Positions 1-12,669 of a stretch of 64,000 nt of DNA are shown here, in pieces. Source of the stretch: Octopus vulgaris (lineage: Eukaryota); assembly GCA_951406725.2 (NCBI GenBank), contig OX597814.1:66650001-66714000 (forward strand), given 5' to 3'. Position 1 is the stretch's first letter. The number at the start of each line of letters is the position of its first letter. Under the pieces are notes generated by a model. It saw only the letters and a program-made list of their open reading frames with translations, had not been told where the DNA came from and made no database searches. A program made the translations under genes and the position numbers.

Positions 1-246
1 AACCATAACCTACTATCTTAAAAAAAAGACACATTATATAATCTTGACCGGGTTAACAATTACTAAAGTAAAAAAGAAAAACGCGTAAGATATGGCATGG
101 ACACGACTTGAATGCTCCATGATCCTGCCTACTTTATCAAGGTTGACCTAGGACTAAAGAATAACATGCGCATATATTATATTTTTGTTCCTCTTTACTA
201 TTAAAGCTTCTTTAAGGATATGTATATATATATATGAGAGAGAGAG

Positions 247-870
247 AGAGTAAAGATTATTTGCCAACATAATGTGGCAGTCCTGGTTAGGACGGTTGTC
301 ACTGTTATTTAGCCCCAGGAAACATCGTCTCCACCTGGCTATATGACACATTATCTGCGACCTTATATTTTCGAACAAGGGAGTTTAGCGCCCCCACTCA
401 GCTCAAAGCAATATCTGCGTACAATGATTTCTGGGTTATTTCTCTTCATCAGCACATAATAACTGCACGGCTAGAGATGGCACCACAAAAGTCTTGTTCC
501 AAATATATACTTTGCAGAGTGACTGATCTAATAAATAAAAGGACTGCCACATTATGTTGGCAAATAATCTTTACTCTAGAGTACTGTTACTGAATGTCTC
601 TCGTTAAGTGGTTTAGAAATAATAATTTTTTATTTGTTAGATCCATGACTGTGCGTCACTTTGAAAAGTATATATTTAGAACAAGAGTTTAGTGGTGCCA
701 TCTCTAGCCGAGCAGTTATTCTGTGCTGATGAAGAGAAATAATCCAGAAACCATCGCACGCAGATATTACTTTGAGCTGAGTGAGGAAGCTAAACTCCCT
801 TGTATAGCCAGCTGGAGACGGTGTTTCCTGGGGCTAAATAACAGTAACAACCACCCTAACCAAGACTGCT
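247..870. repeat. Penelope-like pLTR-type module as inverted copies, each with a degenerate hammerhead motif
   Basis: 247-284 and 540-577 form a perfect 38-bp inverted repeat. About 625-870 is a diverged reverse complement of about 270-540. CTGATGA...GAAA cores at 415-456 (-) and 721-763 (+). Flanked by (TA)n/(GA)n. Confidence 0.7.
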
Positions 871-909
871 ATTAAAATAATAATAATTATTATATATATA
901 TATATATAT

Positions 910-3900
910 ATTAACTTAGATATGTTTCGACCAAAAATTGGTCCAGGCCATGTCTAACTTAATAGCATCATCTGATAGGATTATCTTATGGTCCATTCAA
1001 GTAGTGAATTCTTGTTCAGTGAGTTGTATCCAGGCATGGGTGGCTCGTCTGGTATACCTTGAAGAAATCTGTCCAGACTCCGTTTAAAGGTGATGGGATC
1101 CTTTTCCTCTTTGATCAGTTTTGGGACAATGTTAAACAGGGCAGGGCCTGTTGAGGAAAAGAAATTGTGTCGCAGTGTACCTATATGTTGGGATCCTGAA
1201 TTGGGCATGGGACGTATGGCCCGTGGTTCCAGCCTTGGATGAACCTTGAAACTAATGTTCAGGTCGTTTGGGCAATGCTGGCGGTATATTCTCCACATCG
1301 TACAAATGATGTACCGCCCGCGGGGGCGCTGGAGAGAGTAGAGTTTCAAGGCTTTAAGGCGGTCCCAGTAATCGAGATCAGTCATGCCTTCAATTCGTTT
1401 AGTGAATGCCCTCTTGGATGGTTCAATTTTCGAGATGTTTTGTTTCGTATGGGGAGACCAGAAAGGGCAGCAGTATTCGAGGTGTGGCCGTACAAAGGAG
1501 GAAAAAAGTGGAATGATGACACCTTGTAGACCGGAAGGTTCTTAAGATCCAGGAGCTCATCCTACGAGCTATATTGACCTTATTGTTGATGTGGGCACTC
1601 CAATTGAGATTCTTATCAACAATTACACCTAGGTCTCTGATTTTATTAGATGTTGAAGGAAGAAAATATGGCTATTTTAGTATAGACTTTCTTCCAAAAT
1701 GCATCAGCTTAAATTTTCCCTCGTTTAGTTGCATTTTGTTTTTGTCTGCCCATTGACTCACAGCATATAGATCAGATTGGAGTTGAGTTCGGTCTTCTTC
1801 TTCATTGATGATTTTCTGGAGTTTAGTGTCATCAGCAAATATTTTCATTTTGCAGTGATTTACGACGCTGGAAATGTCGTTTATGTAAATTATAAAGAGG
1901 AGCGGGACCAAGACAGTCCACTGAGGGAACCACTGGTGACTTTTGCTGGGCTTGAGTGGACTCCATCAATCACAACATGTTGTGTTCTATTCTCCAGGAA
2001 ATACTTAATCCAGTGTAGAAGTTTTCCACGGATTCCAACATTTGCCAATTTTGAGAGTAAGACATTATGGCCAACCTTGTCGAACGCTTTACTGAAGTCA
2101 AGATATATGACATCAGAGTTCGAACTTGTTCCCAAGGCTTTAAGTATATCTTCAATGTGGTGTAAGAGTTGTGTTAGACAGTCCCTGCCACAGCAAAAGC
2201 CATACTGATTTGCATTTAGGAGTTTGTGGATCTCCAGGAAGTCAGCTATCCTTGATCTTACTACTCGTTCAAGCACTTTAATTATGTGGGAGGTGAGGGG
2301 GATTGGGCGATAGTTGACTGCAAGGGGTCTGCTTCCCTGCTTGAAAACCGGGATGACAGACTGGGATAGGAAGTGTTTCGGTATATAACCTGAGTCTAAA
2401 TAATTTCTCCAGAAGTTGGTCAGAGGGACTGCAAGTTGATGTCTACATTCCTTCAGGAGACTAGCGGAGAATCTATCAGGGCCTACAGCAGAATAATATT
2501 TGACCTCATTTTTCGCTGCTATGATGTCTGAGGCAGTGAAGGTTATGTCCGAGATTTTATGTTGAGAATCAACTTCGTTCGCCTCCCTTACCTCAATATC
2601 AGTGGGATCACTAAAGACAGAGCTGTATTGTTTCTGCAGTATTTCTGCCATTTCTTTAGCATCATGTTGAGGAATGCCGTTATCATCGATCAATGGCCTA
2701 ATGGGTGAGACAGCTGTTCTATGTTTATTTGCATAAGAATAGAACACTTTTGGGTTGAGTTTGATGTTTTTGATTACTCACTGTTCCTCCGCAGCTCTTG
2801 GATTTTCAATGGAGGTTTTCATGTCAATCTTCAGATTAAGTTTTTCAACTCCAGCCTTTTCATTGTTGTTGAATGTGGATGTTGTATGTGGGAGTGTTTT
2901 AATTGGTTGATTTTTTTTATTGAGTCTTTAGATGTGCCTGATGAGTGTTCTTTTCTTTCTAGGGAGCTGGTTTCTATTTGTGTTAGTGGATTTCGTAGGA
3001 GCGTGTTTTGAGCATGTATAGGTGACAATGTTCTCAAAGTGCTGCCATGCGGTCTCAATGTGAGAGGAACTGAGAGTGAAGAACCAGTCGATGAAGAACA
3101 GATCCTTTCTGATTGCTCCCCAGTCTGCTTTGTGGAATTTATGTTGTCAAATGAGTGCCATGGTGTGGAATTAGCTGGTTTAGTTTTGATATGGCGAATT
3201 AAAATTGCAGAGTATCATGTCGTGGTCTGAGAGGAGAGTTTTTTTCAACTGAAATACTGTGAACGGAGCTAGAGTGGTTCGTTAATATTAGATCCAAGAT
3301 CGTTTTATTCTATCTTGTTTGTTCAAGCACTAGCTGAGTCAGGAAGAATTTATCCATTAGATTAAATAGTAAGTCTGCTGCTGCTGCTTTGTCTGATGTA
3401 TAGCATTTGCCTAACTTCAGAGTATTTGTGGACCAGTTTATATGAGGGAGGTTAAAATCACCCTTCACTAGTATGTTTCCGGAGTTGTATTTTTGAAGGA
3501 AGGGCTTGATTTTGTTGAGGCACTCTTCAAAGTAATTTAGAAGTGCTTCAGGAGGCCTGTAAAAACCAACAATGATTAAGTTTTTGGCCTTGTTAAATAG
3601 TGATATAGATTCACAATAGCCATTGGAAAATATGTCCTTGGCATCAACTGAAAAGAAGCCATGGAGAAAGATGGCTGTCCCCACTTTATTTCACTCTGTG
3701 CGATCTGCACGGATGATGTGAAGTCTTTTATTTTCACTTCGGCATCGATATGTGTGCTGTTTAGGTGAGTTTCAGTAAGGATAAAGAAAGGGAAGCAATA
3801 CGCAGGAGTGGCTGTGTGGTAAGTAGCTTGTTTACCAACCACATGGTTCCGGGTTCAGTCCCACTGCGTGGCACCTTGGGCAAGTGTCTTCTACTATAGC

Positions 3901-3963
3901 CTCGGGCCGACCAAAGCCTTGTGAGTGGATTTGGTAGACGGAAACTGAAAGAAGCCCGTCGTA

Positions 3964-4050
<87 letters not shown>

Positions 4051-5100
4051 TGTGTCTGTGTTTGTCCCCCTAGCATTGCTTGACAACCAATGCTGGTGTG
4101 TTTATGTCTCCGTTACTTAGTGGTTCGGCAAAAGAGACCGATAGAATAAGTACTGGGCTTACAAAAGAATAAGTCCCGGGGTGGAGTTGCTCGATTAAAA
4201 GTGGTGCTCCAGCATGGCTGCAGTCAAATGACTGAAACAAGTAAAAGAGTAAAAGAGTAAGAGTACCGTTTCGGCAAGCCAACTCCCTTCATATGGGATC
4301 TTCTATTTTTGGGTAATGAGTGATGGGTTGATGCTACGTACATTTAACAGGAATGTCGAGGTAAGGGTAGTTTGATGCTTGCATTGTTCTAAGTTATGTT
4401 TTATGTTGTTCAGTGGTAGCAATGAGGGTAGTTTTTGTGTGGAGCTGTGTGTGTATGGTTTTCTAGTTGGTAGGTGGGTGTTCCTTGTGTTTTGCATAAA
4501 TGGTTGCTGATAGCTCGTTGGATCTCCTGGCCTTCATATTTTCTAGATAAGTTAGTAAAAAAGAGTTGCCTCTTTGGTTTGCCACTTGGTCAGATGATAT
4601 ATAGTTCATGTTTATGTTATTTGGTGTTATAGTTTTTCCATACTTCTGTCCTCGTTGTTTGGTTGTAGGAGGTGAAATGCGGCTGTATTTTGCTTTTGTT
4701 GTTGTCGTAGGTCTCCTCCTTTGCTGTTTATATTTATTTTCGGTCGTTTTGTGCCCTTCAGATGGTGGTGGTTGCATTCTGTGTTCAAGCACATCCTTAG
4801 TGACACAGAAGTTTGGCACAGTTTAGGATGGAAGAAGGTGCATCCATTACCTTTTGTGTTCCATATTGAGGATCAGGGCCATGGACTCTGTATTTAGGAC
4901 AGTATTTGGGGTGGAGGTGAGGGCAGTTTTTTCCTGTTATGCCATATGGACAGATGCTTTTAACAAGTCTACGGCATAAGGTAGGATGGAAAAAAGCAAC
5001 TGTTAGTGCAACTGGGGTCAAATCTACAGTTACCTTGAGAATGGTAACGACAGGGATGTTGACGTGGGCATAGTAGAGGTTTTTCTATGCTGACAGGCTC
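910..5100 (-). mobile_element. Degenerate CR1/L2-group non-LTR retrotransposon (CCCH-finger ORF1 + APE-RT ORF2), interrupted by a SINE
   Basis: Frameshifted ORF2 pieces: APE motifs LLNVRSI, LTETHL, GFYRPP, GDFNLPHINW; RT motifs NYRPIPLTS, YLDFSKAFDKV, LFIIYIND, FADDTKL; C-terminus LKLYSLQR...NSLLEW. ORF1 pieces at about 4460-5070 have repeated C-x-C-x-C-x3-H units. The 3' UTR stem-loop at 910-980 runs into (TA)n. Confidence 0.9.
3802..4262 (+). mobile_element. Full-length tRNA-derived SINE (family A) with internal (TA)n(TG)n microsatellite, nested in the LINE endonuclease domain
   Basis: Head GCAGGAGTGGCTGTGTGGTAAG (A-box-like) and GGTTCAGTCCC (B-box-like), a CORE-like CCTTGGGCAAGTG segment, and tail CATGG..CAGTCAAATGACTGAAACAAG(TAAAAGAG)n. 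The LINE protein reads on across both junctions. Many copies in this window. Confidence 0.85.
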
Positions 5101-5149
5101 GTTGGTCAGTGGTCCTATTGTAGTAGCAGTAGCAGACTGTTGTTGTTGT

Positions 5150-5465
5150 TATATATATGTGTGTGTGTGTGTGTGTGAGTGAGTGTGTGTGTGTGTTTGT
5201 GTGTGTGTGTCCTCACGCGCGTGTGTGTGTGTGTGTGCATATTTATGTGTCTGTGTCTTTGTGTCAGTGTTTGTCCTCCACAACCGCTTGACAACTGGTG
5301 TTGGTGTGTTTATTTCCTTGTAGCTTAACGGTTCAGCAAAGGAGACCGATAGAGTAAGTACTAGGCTTAAAAAAAACATCAGCCCTGAGTTCGATTTGTT
5401 CGACTAAAAGCCCTTCAAGGAGGCGCCCCAGCATGACCGCAGTCAAATGACTAAAACAAGTAAAG
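5150..5465 (+). mobile_element. SINE family A, 3' half
   Basis: Matches about 4000-4250 from the microsatellite through the AGTCAAATGACT stem-loop tail. Confidence 0.8.
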
Positions 5466-6682
5466 CGTTGAATTACAAATAATCACATAGATTATAAACA
5501 CTTATCATAAATGAGAAAAATTACCTGAGTGAAGACAAAAATCTAACGACCAAAAATAAAAATTCAGGTGTAATGTCAGAACCAATCATTTTGATTCAGC
5601 CCACTATAAAGCAATCAACAACACTTTATTCAGAAAATACGACAGTAAAGATCAAGAAACATGGATCATAGATTTGGAAACTTAACTGTTTTCTACTAAT
5701 TGCAAAGAAGTCATATAGAAATATAAAGAAGAAAAAAAGATAAAATTAGAACGCAGTTGTGCTCTTAACATACATCTAAAAGAAAGGCTGTTCTCCGTTT
5801 AAGTATGTGTATGTGTGGGTATAGGCGTAAATATATAATTTACAATCTTTGGTCTCCTCTCTTTAATAATATAGGCTGTATACGTTTGCATAAACTCGTG
5901 CATGCGACTTTGTGCATATGAAGATACCCTATACATCTATGGGAAGGCGAAATATGGATGTAAAGTCCGTTCCATTCACAAAGCAAATGATTTGAACAAA
6001 GAACTGAAAGCGTATTGCAGCCTATGCTTTCAGATAATTTATTGTTTCACTGCACTCGCATATGTAAACAAATGCCATACGAGTGAAATCATTTACATAT
6101 GTATATCAGTTAATGTGTTAAAGTTTATTAATTCAAATCAGGTTACTGTTGAGTCGCCAGAAATTGTAGATTATCACACTAATTGGCATGCAGTATTTAG
6201 TTTCACCACCTCTACATTTTGAGTGCAAATAAACAGAATATGTATGAAGCAACTTCTATCGCATTTTGTGCACCAGTCTTTGTTATGCTTTCTACTTTTG
6301 TTTGGATTATGAATTTTTATTTATTTATTTATTTAGTTATTTCTTCCATGTCAGCTAATATTTATATAATGACCGTTATTTGGCAGAAACGATGCATCAG
6401 TGACATATATCTTACAATATTTAAAATTAGTCAAACAAGCCTAAATTCATTTACCAAAACATAAAGGGAAAAATGGAGGTGACTTTGGACAAAACAAACA
6501 TCAATTCTCTTTGAATTCATGCTTTCTCCGTGACACGCGAATATATTGCATTTAACTAACATTTTTTTTTATCAACCAGCTCTTTGCCGATAATATAAAG
6601 AAAATAGAAGAAATAAACTGAAAATCGCCAACATCGCTAATTTTGCTCGAAAATTAAGGAGCGATTCAACTGAATAAACTAA

Positions 6683-6733
<51 letters not shown>

Positions 6734-7130
6734 GAGCGCTGTATCAATGATTAAAGTGAACTGGTTCGTGTGTATGCCTGTGTGCTGTAAAAATGAAATG
6801 TAAATGGTTCCACTGTCGGCTTCAATGATATATATTCTAGTTGCTCGAACAACAAAACTTTCTCATTGAATTATTATGTGATTAGTGGGGTATTCTACCT
6901 GTGCTGATACTATTAGCGTAACCCCTGTGCAGAATCAGCGTGTTAGAGTGTGTGGCAAGGTTGCATAAACTGTTCAACCAGCACTCTATGGTAATAACTA
7001 AGTGGAGACGAAAACGGGAGCTATAAAAAGAAATATATAGTCTACATATAGACTTATGTTTTATAGAAGCAGCATTTTGACAAATTTGAAAGATAAATAT
7101 TTTGAAATTAAAATTATGAGTTCTACTTAC

Positions 7131-7486
7131 GACACCATCACAAAGTGTTAAGGCAGCAGTGTTTTTCAAATCTTTCTTCAGTGTTTTAGAAATATCCTTG
7201 CCAACATACATACAGTCAGGTACATTCAAATGTAATGCTGTGCCGTTTCCAACGTCATCCGTAACTCCTTTGTTTCGTTTCCAATGGTATATTTTAAAAC
7301 CTGGGGCTAACAAATCTGCATTTGGCTTCAATTTAAAATGAAATCTATTGTTGAAACCAGTAATTTGCAGATATAAAACAGAATTCTTGTTTTTGTTTGT
7401 GCTTCTTTTTCTTCGTGATAAGTGAATATCATGGGACTGAAACATACCTTGGTGATTTACAAAGGAGGGATAGGTTAATTCATAAT
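7131..7486 (-). CDS. Internal coding exon of an ADAMTS/reprolysin-family metalloprotease (M12B propeptide)
   Basis: Polypyrimidine tract plus CAG acceptor (7489-7487) and GTAAGT donor (from 7130). The 356-nt open frame reads (x)YELTYPSFVNHQGMFQSHDIHLSRRKRS...LQITGFNNRFHFKLKPNADLLAPGF...CMYVG...AALTLCDGV, matching the ADAMTS prodomain pattern with an RRKR furin-type site. No other exons identified. Confidence 0.88.
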
Positions 7487-10400
7487 CTGAAAAAGGAAAA
7501 ACAAAAAAAAAATGAAAAGATAAATAGATGTCCTTAGACTCAATATTTGAAAATATCTACAACAAAATCATGAACTGAGAGAGAACCTTAGGTTTGGTCC
7601 CAATTTCTGAGAAACTGATAAAGGATATGGACCACGGGTCTTTGTGTGAATTTTCCCGTAGAGAGCTATCTATCCAATTCTGCTCTCATAAGTATAAAAT
7701 ATCATGAGTACTTTATAATATAGGCACAAGCGTAAGGGATGTAGAATAGATGACGTTGATTTAAGGACTTGACTGGTATTAATTTAATCCATCCTAAAAC
7801 AATGAAAATGAAGATCGACTCTGACTTCAACTCAAAAGCATAAAACGACGCAATCAAATACTGCAAGGAACGTTACCCACTGCCACTCACCTTCTTAATA
7901 TAAAATATTAGTTCAACATCACAATAAGATTTCAATCTATGAATAACAATCTTATAGTAATTAACAACGGCTAAACAAAAGGCTGTAGACTGACAAAGTC
8001 AGAAGTGTTAGACTAATTGTCGGACAGTATTTAGTTTCGTTCCTTTACGTCTCTGTGCTCGAGGTCAAGTTTGCATCATACATTCGGGATTGATAAAAAT
8101 GCATCAGTCAAGTACTGAGATCGATATAATAAACCTTCTCGTCAACACTTGTATAACTTTATCTAATTTAGAAATCACTGATATTATCATTGAAAATAAT
8201 CTTCTGATAAAACAAGATTATTTCGTTAATAATCATGATTCTTGAGAATTTCAGGGAGATTTCAAAGTTTATGTCCAAACAACCATAAAAGTATTATTAA
8301 AGCGAAATTAGTAAAAAGAAATTGTTCTAATGTGCACAAAATTAACTGTGCAATGCATCATTAAGATAACGTTATATTTTCGCTCCTGTGAAATTGCGTT
8401 CTCATCTTTATTCATTAAATTTTTTATAATTCAATTTATTCATTCAATTGTATATACATTCTGAATGTGGCTCTTAATATGTATGCATGTATATGTATGC
8501 AAGCATATTTTGGTTTACGCATGATTTATGTATGTATTTATTTGTGCGTAATTTGGTTCTTGGCAAAGAAAAATGTTCTATCTCTTAAACTCACATAACT
8601 AAAACGGTAAGTACTGCATGTTGAATTTTAGTAAACTTTTGCATTTTTTAACTGTTCCGTTTACAGGTGATATTTGTTAAGTCCGTGCTAGTTGGTTGCT
8701 TTCTGTACCTGAAAAGCCTGGTTTTACGATATTGTAAGTTAGCCAAATGCATGAATAACGATCGGCATAAATGCAAATTAATAAACTCCGTAGAAAAGCT
8801 GTTGGTGTCGAAGAAATTGTCCGTAAGCAATTTCTTTCTTATTGGTTTTGGAAGAATTGTTCATATCAGCAGGGGATCTAACTTCTACGACTATGCTGTA
8901 CATACTTTCTCTTTTCCACTGAAATAACTTTTGTGTATGCACTTGACAGACATTTTAATGGATATGTTTCTCTATGGTATGTGTATATTTCTTTCATTTT
9001 ATTATTATTTTAGTTCTTCATACAAAGAAAGGGAGTGGGATAACAACAACGATAAGCGTTATATATTGAACTTTAGAAAAGGCTTGCATATTTTTACTGT
9101 TCTACTTTCAGATTGCATCTGTGAAGTGCTTGTTAGCAGATGCCTTAGCCTGAAAATCTTAGCCGTTTCAAATTTTCACATAAACATTGCTATCAAAGGT
9201 AGAAGTGCCAGTGTATGTATATGATATATAAATACAGATATCAAAATATAAATATAATATATAAATACATGAATACAAGCATGCATGTATTTATGTGTTT
9301 ATGTAAGGATGGTGCCGTCCTACGTTCGTGAGAATGAAATATTTCCATTTATCCACACATTTGTTCTCTTCACAAACATGTTTCGTTCTGTTTCTTGCCT
9401 TATGTGAGAATTCGTTTTTATTTTCTTTTAACGAATACACTTGTTTGAGACAACGTGCAAAATGTGTAAGCTTAGAATGAATGGAAGTATTCTAGGATGT
9501 GTGGGCCGACATCTTAAACAAAGGAAACAAAAGAAAATAACACAGCAGCAATACTAACAGCGGCAACAGTAACTACATCAACTAGAGAAACAGCAAACCC
9601 ACTCAATTATGAAAGAAAGAAGAAAGAAAAATTATTTAAAAAATAGGGCTTATATAACTAACTAGACAAAATGCGTGAATCGTCTGTTGAACAATGTAAG
9701 TCTGGTGTCAAACAGTAGTTAACAACCACCACCACAAGCACAACAGCAACCGCAACAATAATAATAAGCAAAGAATATGCAATGAAAGTGGAAGAGGAAG
9801 AAAGGAAAAAAGTAAAGTAAACATAATATTTAAAACTAAAAACAGTCATGAAAGAAACAAAAGCTTTCACTTGACGCCATTACACATAAACTATATTTAT
9901 AGTAAGGTTTGACATTTGTACGTGTTAGCGGGAAAAGTCTACACAGGAAATCTGATTACTTTCATTCATAATATAATTTGTTTGTTTATATATTTATTCA
10001 CCTATTTATTTGTTTATTTATTAGCATCTATTCGTTTGCTTATTTTTTATCATTAAGACTTTTGTAGATTTATAGTAAAAACAAAATGACCACCTATTTA
10101 AAATATTGCAATTCACTCGTCTTTTTTTTTTTAACTAATTTAGTGGTACTAATTTTATGAAATTATTCTGACATTCCTATCAATTCAAAATTGTTTATTT
10201 TGCGATTCCTGTATATCTGAGACGGAAAGTATCGAAATTATAGCGTACATATAAAATACAACAATGTGAATTTCATTCATAAAAAAAGATTTCTCTGTTA
10301 AAAATTAGTGAAGTTATTTCCCTTCGAAATTTTCTTGAGGATTTGATACGCTTGAATGTTACTCAAGAGAATATAAACTAAGATATTGGTCCACTAGTGC

Positions 10401-10722
10401 ATATTTCAGGTAGATTTCACCGTCGAGTTGTACAACAATAAGAACCAGATACACCGAGGTGACACCGTATATTGGATTCCAAGCTGAGTCATTTATACCA
10501 CAAAAACCATCAAAACTAGCACAAAAGCACTCACTTTAATTTTGTTTCCTCAATGACAATTTCCTCTTAACACCGAGATAAAGAATATTTGATCGTTACA
10601 AATGCAAATAAATATGTATTGAACAAGACACCTGAGAGGAAAATAAATAATTATAGTTGTTAAAATTTAAAGCAGGTAACAGACACATTCATAGATAGAC
10701 ACACATCTACATAAATTATATA

Positions 10723-10802
<80 letters not shown>

Positions 10803-11276
10803 AATGTATGTATATTTGAATGGACATATATGTGGGTGTGTGTATATACATATATATATATATGTATGTGTGTGTGTGTGTGTGTGTGCATGTGTGAGTG
10901 TGTATATATATACACACACACGCAGAGGCTCGTATATACACATATACACACGTGTCATTTATACAGTCGCACCAACCAAGCAAGTATGTTTAAGGGACAG
11001 CTACACGAAACCCTTTGTTCCGTTTCGCTTTTTACAGTCCAGCCAACAATGGAACCTTGTTTGGGAATGTTTTCATAACGAATTCATTGTTTATAACCAG
11101 GTCAAAATTGGAGCCACACCACATATACCTACATGCTTACACATATGCGTGTGTGCATGTGTGTATACACACATCAGCATACACACACACATATATACAT
11201 ACTTATATCTATATATTCATGTACGTAAGCACATATATATATATATATACACACACATACACACATGTATATGTAA

Positions 11277-11326
<50 letters not shown>

Positions 11327-12669
11327 GTATGTATATATTATGTATATACATACATACTTATTTATATGTATGTACTTACATATATACCTATATGTATATA
11401 TATACATATGTTTACACTTATGAATGTGTCTTAGCTCCACTAAAAGCTATACCGCCCCTCCATCATCCCAGACATAGTCCTGTTTATGACAGTCAATTTT
11501 CAGGGTGTGTGGAATACTAGGAGACAGAATGGATCCCACACGCCTTTTGTTTCAAACATATTTTCCGCCTGTAGGTAAATATGAAGAAAATTGTGGACAC
11601 CGACAGAAAGTCAGACGGAACGACAAGAAAAGACAAAAATCCTATTGTTAATTTCGGCTTCACCCTTCTCTTCGCTCTCCTCGCTCTCTTTTGCTCTCTC
11701 TCTCTCTCTCTCTCTCCCTTCTTCTTCTTCTTCTTCTTCTTCTTCTCTCTCTCTCCCTTCCGTTCTCCATCTCTCTCTTTCTCTCTACCACCCACAGAGT
11801 AATATTTGTTATACATACAATATTGAATGGAATCATATCTGACTCGAAAGCCTGATCAACTCCATTTTAGATAACACATTCATTTATATGATTGGGCTGC
11901 GTTTGAAATGAAGTATGTGTTGAATGTGAGGTAGGCTCATGTTTTCCTATATGGCAAGTCAGACCAGCACGACTCCCAAATTTGAATGGTGGCAACTATA
12001 CTAAAATTGACTCAAAATCGAATAATCTGTCTGCCATGCTGTCGATCATTTTTCAATATGATTTGTTTCGGTGTTTTTCTCCTCAGCACTGAGTAAATCA
12101 AGGTCTAACTATACCGGCCAGCTTACAGTGTCGTCAATTTTGTCAAATGCAATGTTAGGTACGCAACAAATGGTAACATTCTGAACAGTTATAAGCCATA
12201 ACCAGTAATATACTGTTTCGTGTATGTGTGTAATTAAGTGGCTCAGAACGCAATCAGTTAACATATAGATTGATTGGTTGAGAGCGCTCACATGGTGAGC
12301 TAAAGAAATTTTGGGTCAGTTTTCTGGTAAGTTGATGTGGTAAGGTCATGAGATGGCCGTGCAAGAAGATCAGGTCAGACTTTTGTTCGATATGTCACAC
12401 GACGGGAAAATATCGTTAAAAGATGAAAGCCGAACTTTTAGTCTTTTGGTTGTGTCAATGATTTAGATTGAACAAAATAACCCTCACAACTAACTACTCC
12501 ACACGCGCACAGAAGGAAAGGTAAAGAGAGTTGGGTGAAAGTGAATTTTGCTATCCCCAAAATTAAAGTGTAATTAAGGAGCTTAAAAGAGCTATATGAA
12601 TCACATTCCTCAACAGGAATTTTTTACTACTATGGATAGCATTTATAGTTTATGGTGAATCGTATACTG

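Noticed and set aside
8648-8830. Minus ORF with TDNFF (piggyBac-like motif) or a possible small ADAMTS exon
   Set aside because: One short motif only, with no TIR/TTAA and no convincing splice pair in the required phase.
10660-11520. Long ORFs rich in HT/YI/CV/MYVC repeats (also near 29-30, 31.4, 33.6-34.7, 38, 46.6, 50.7, 57.5, 59.4 and 63 kb)
   Set aside because: Translations of (CA)n, (TA)n and (TATG)n microsatellites; no coding signal.
12109-12291. Candidate ADAMTS signal-peptide exon ending at a GTAAG donor
   Set aside because: The donor is in phase 0 but the 7486 exon needs phase 1; the phase-1 frame has a stop; poor signal peptide.
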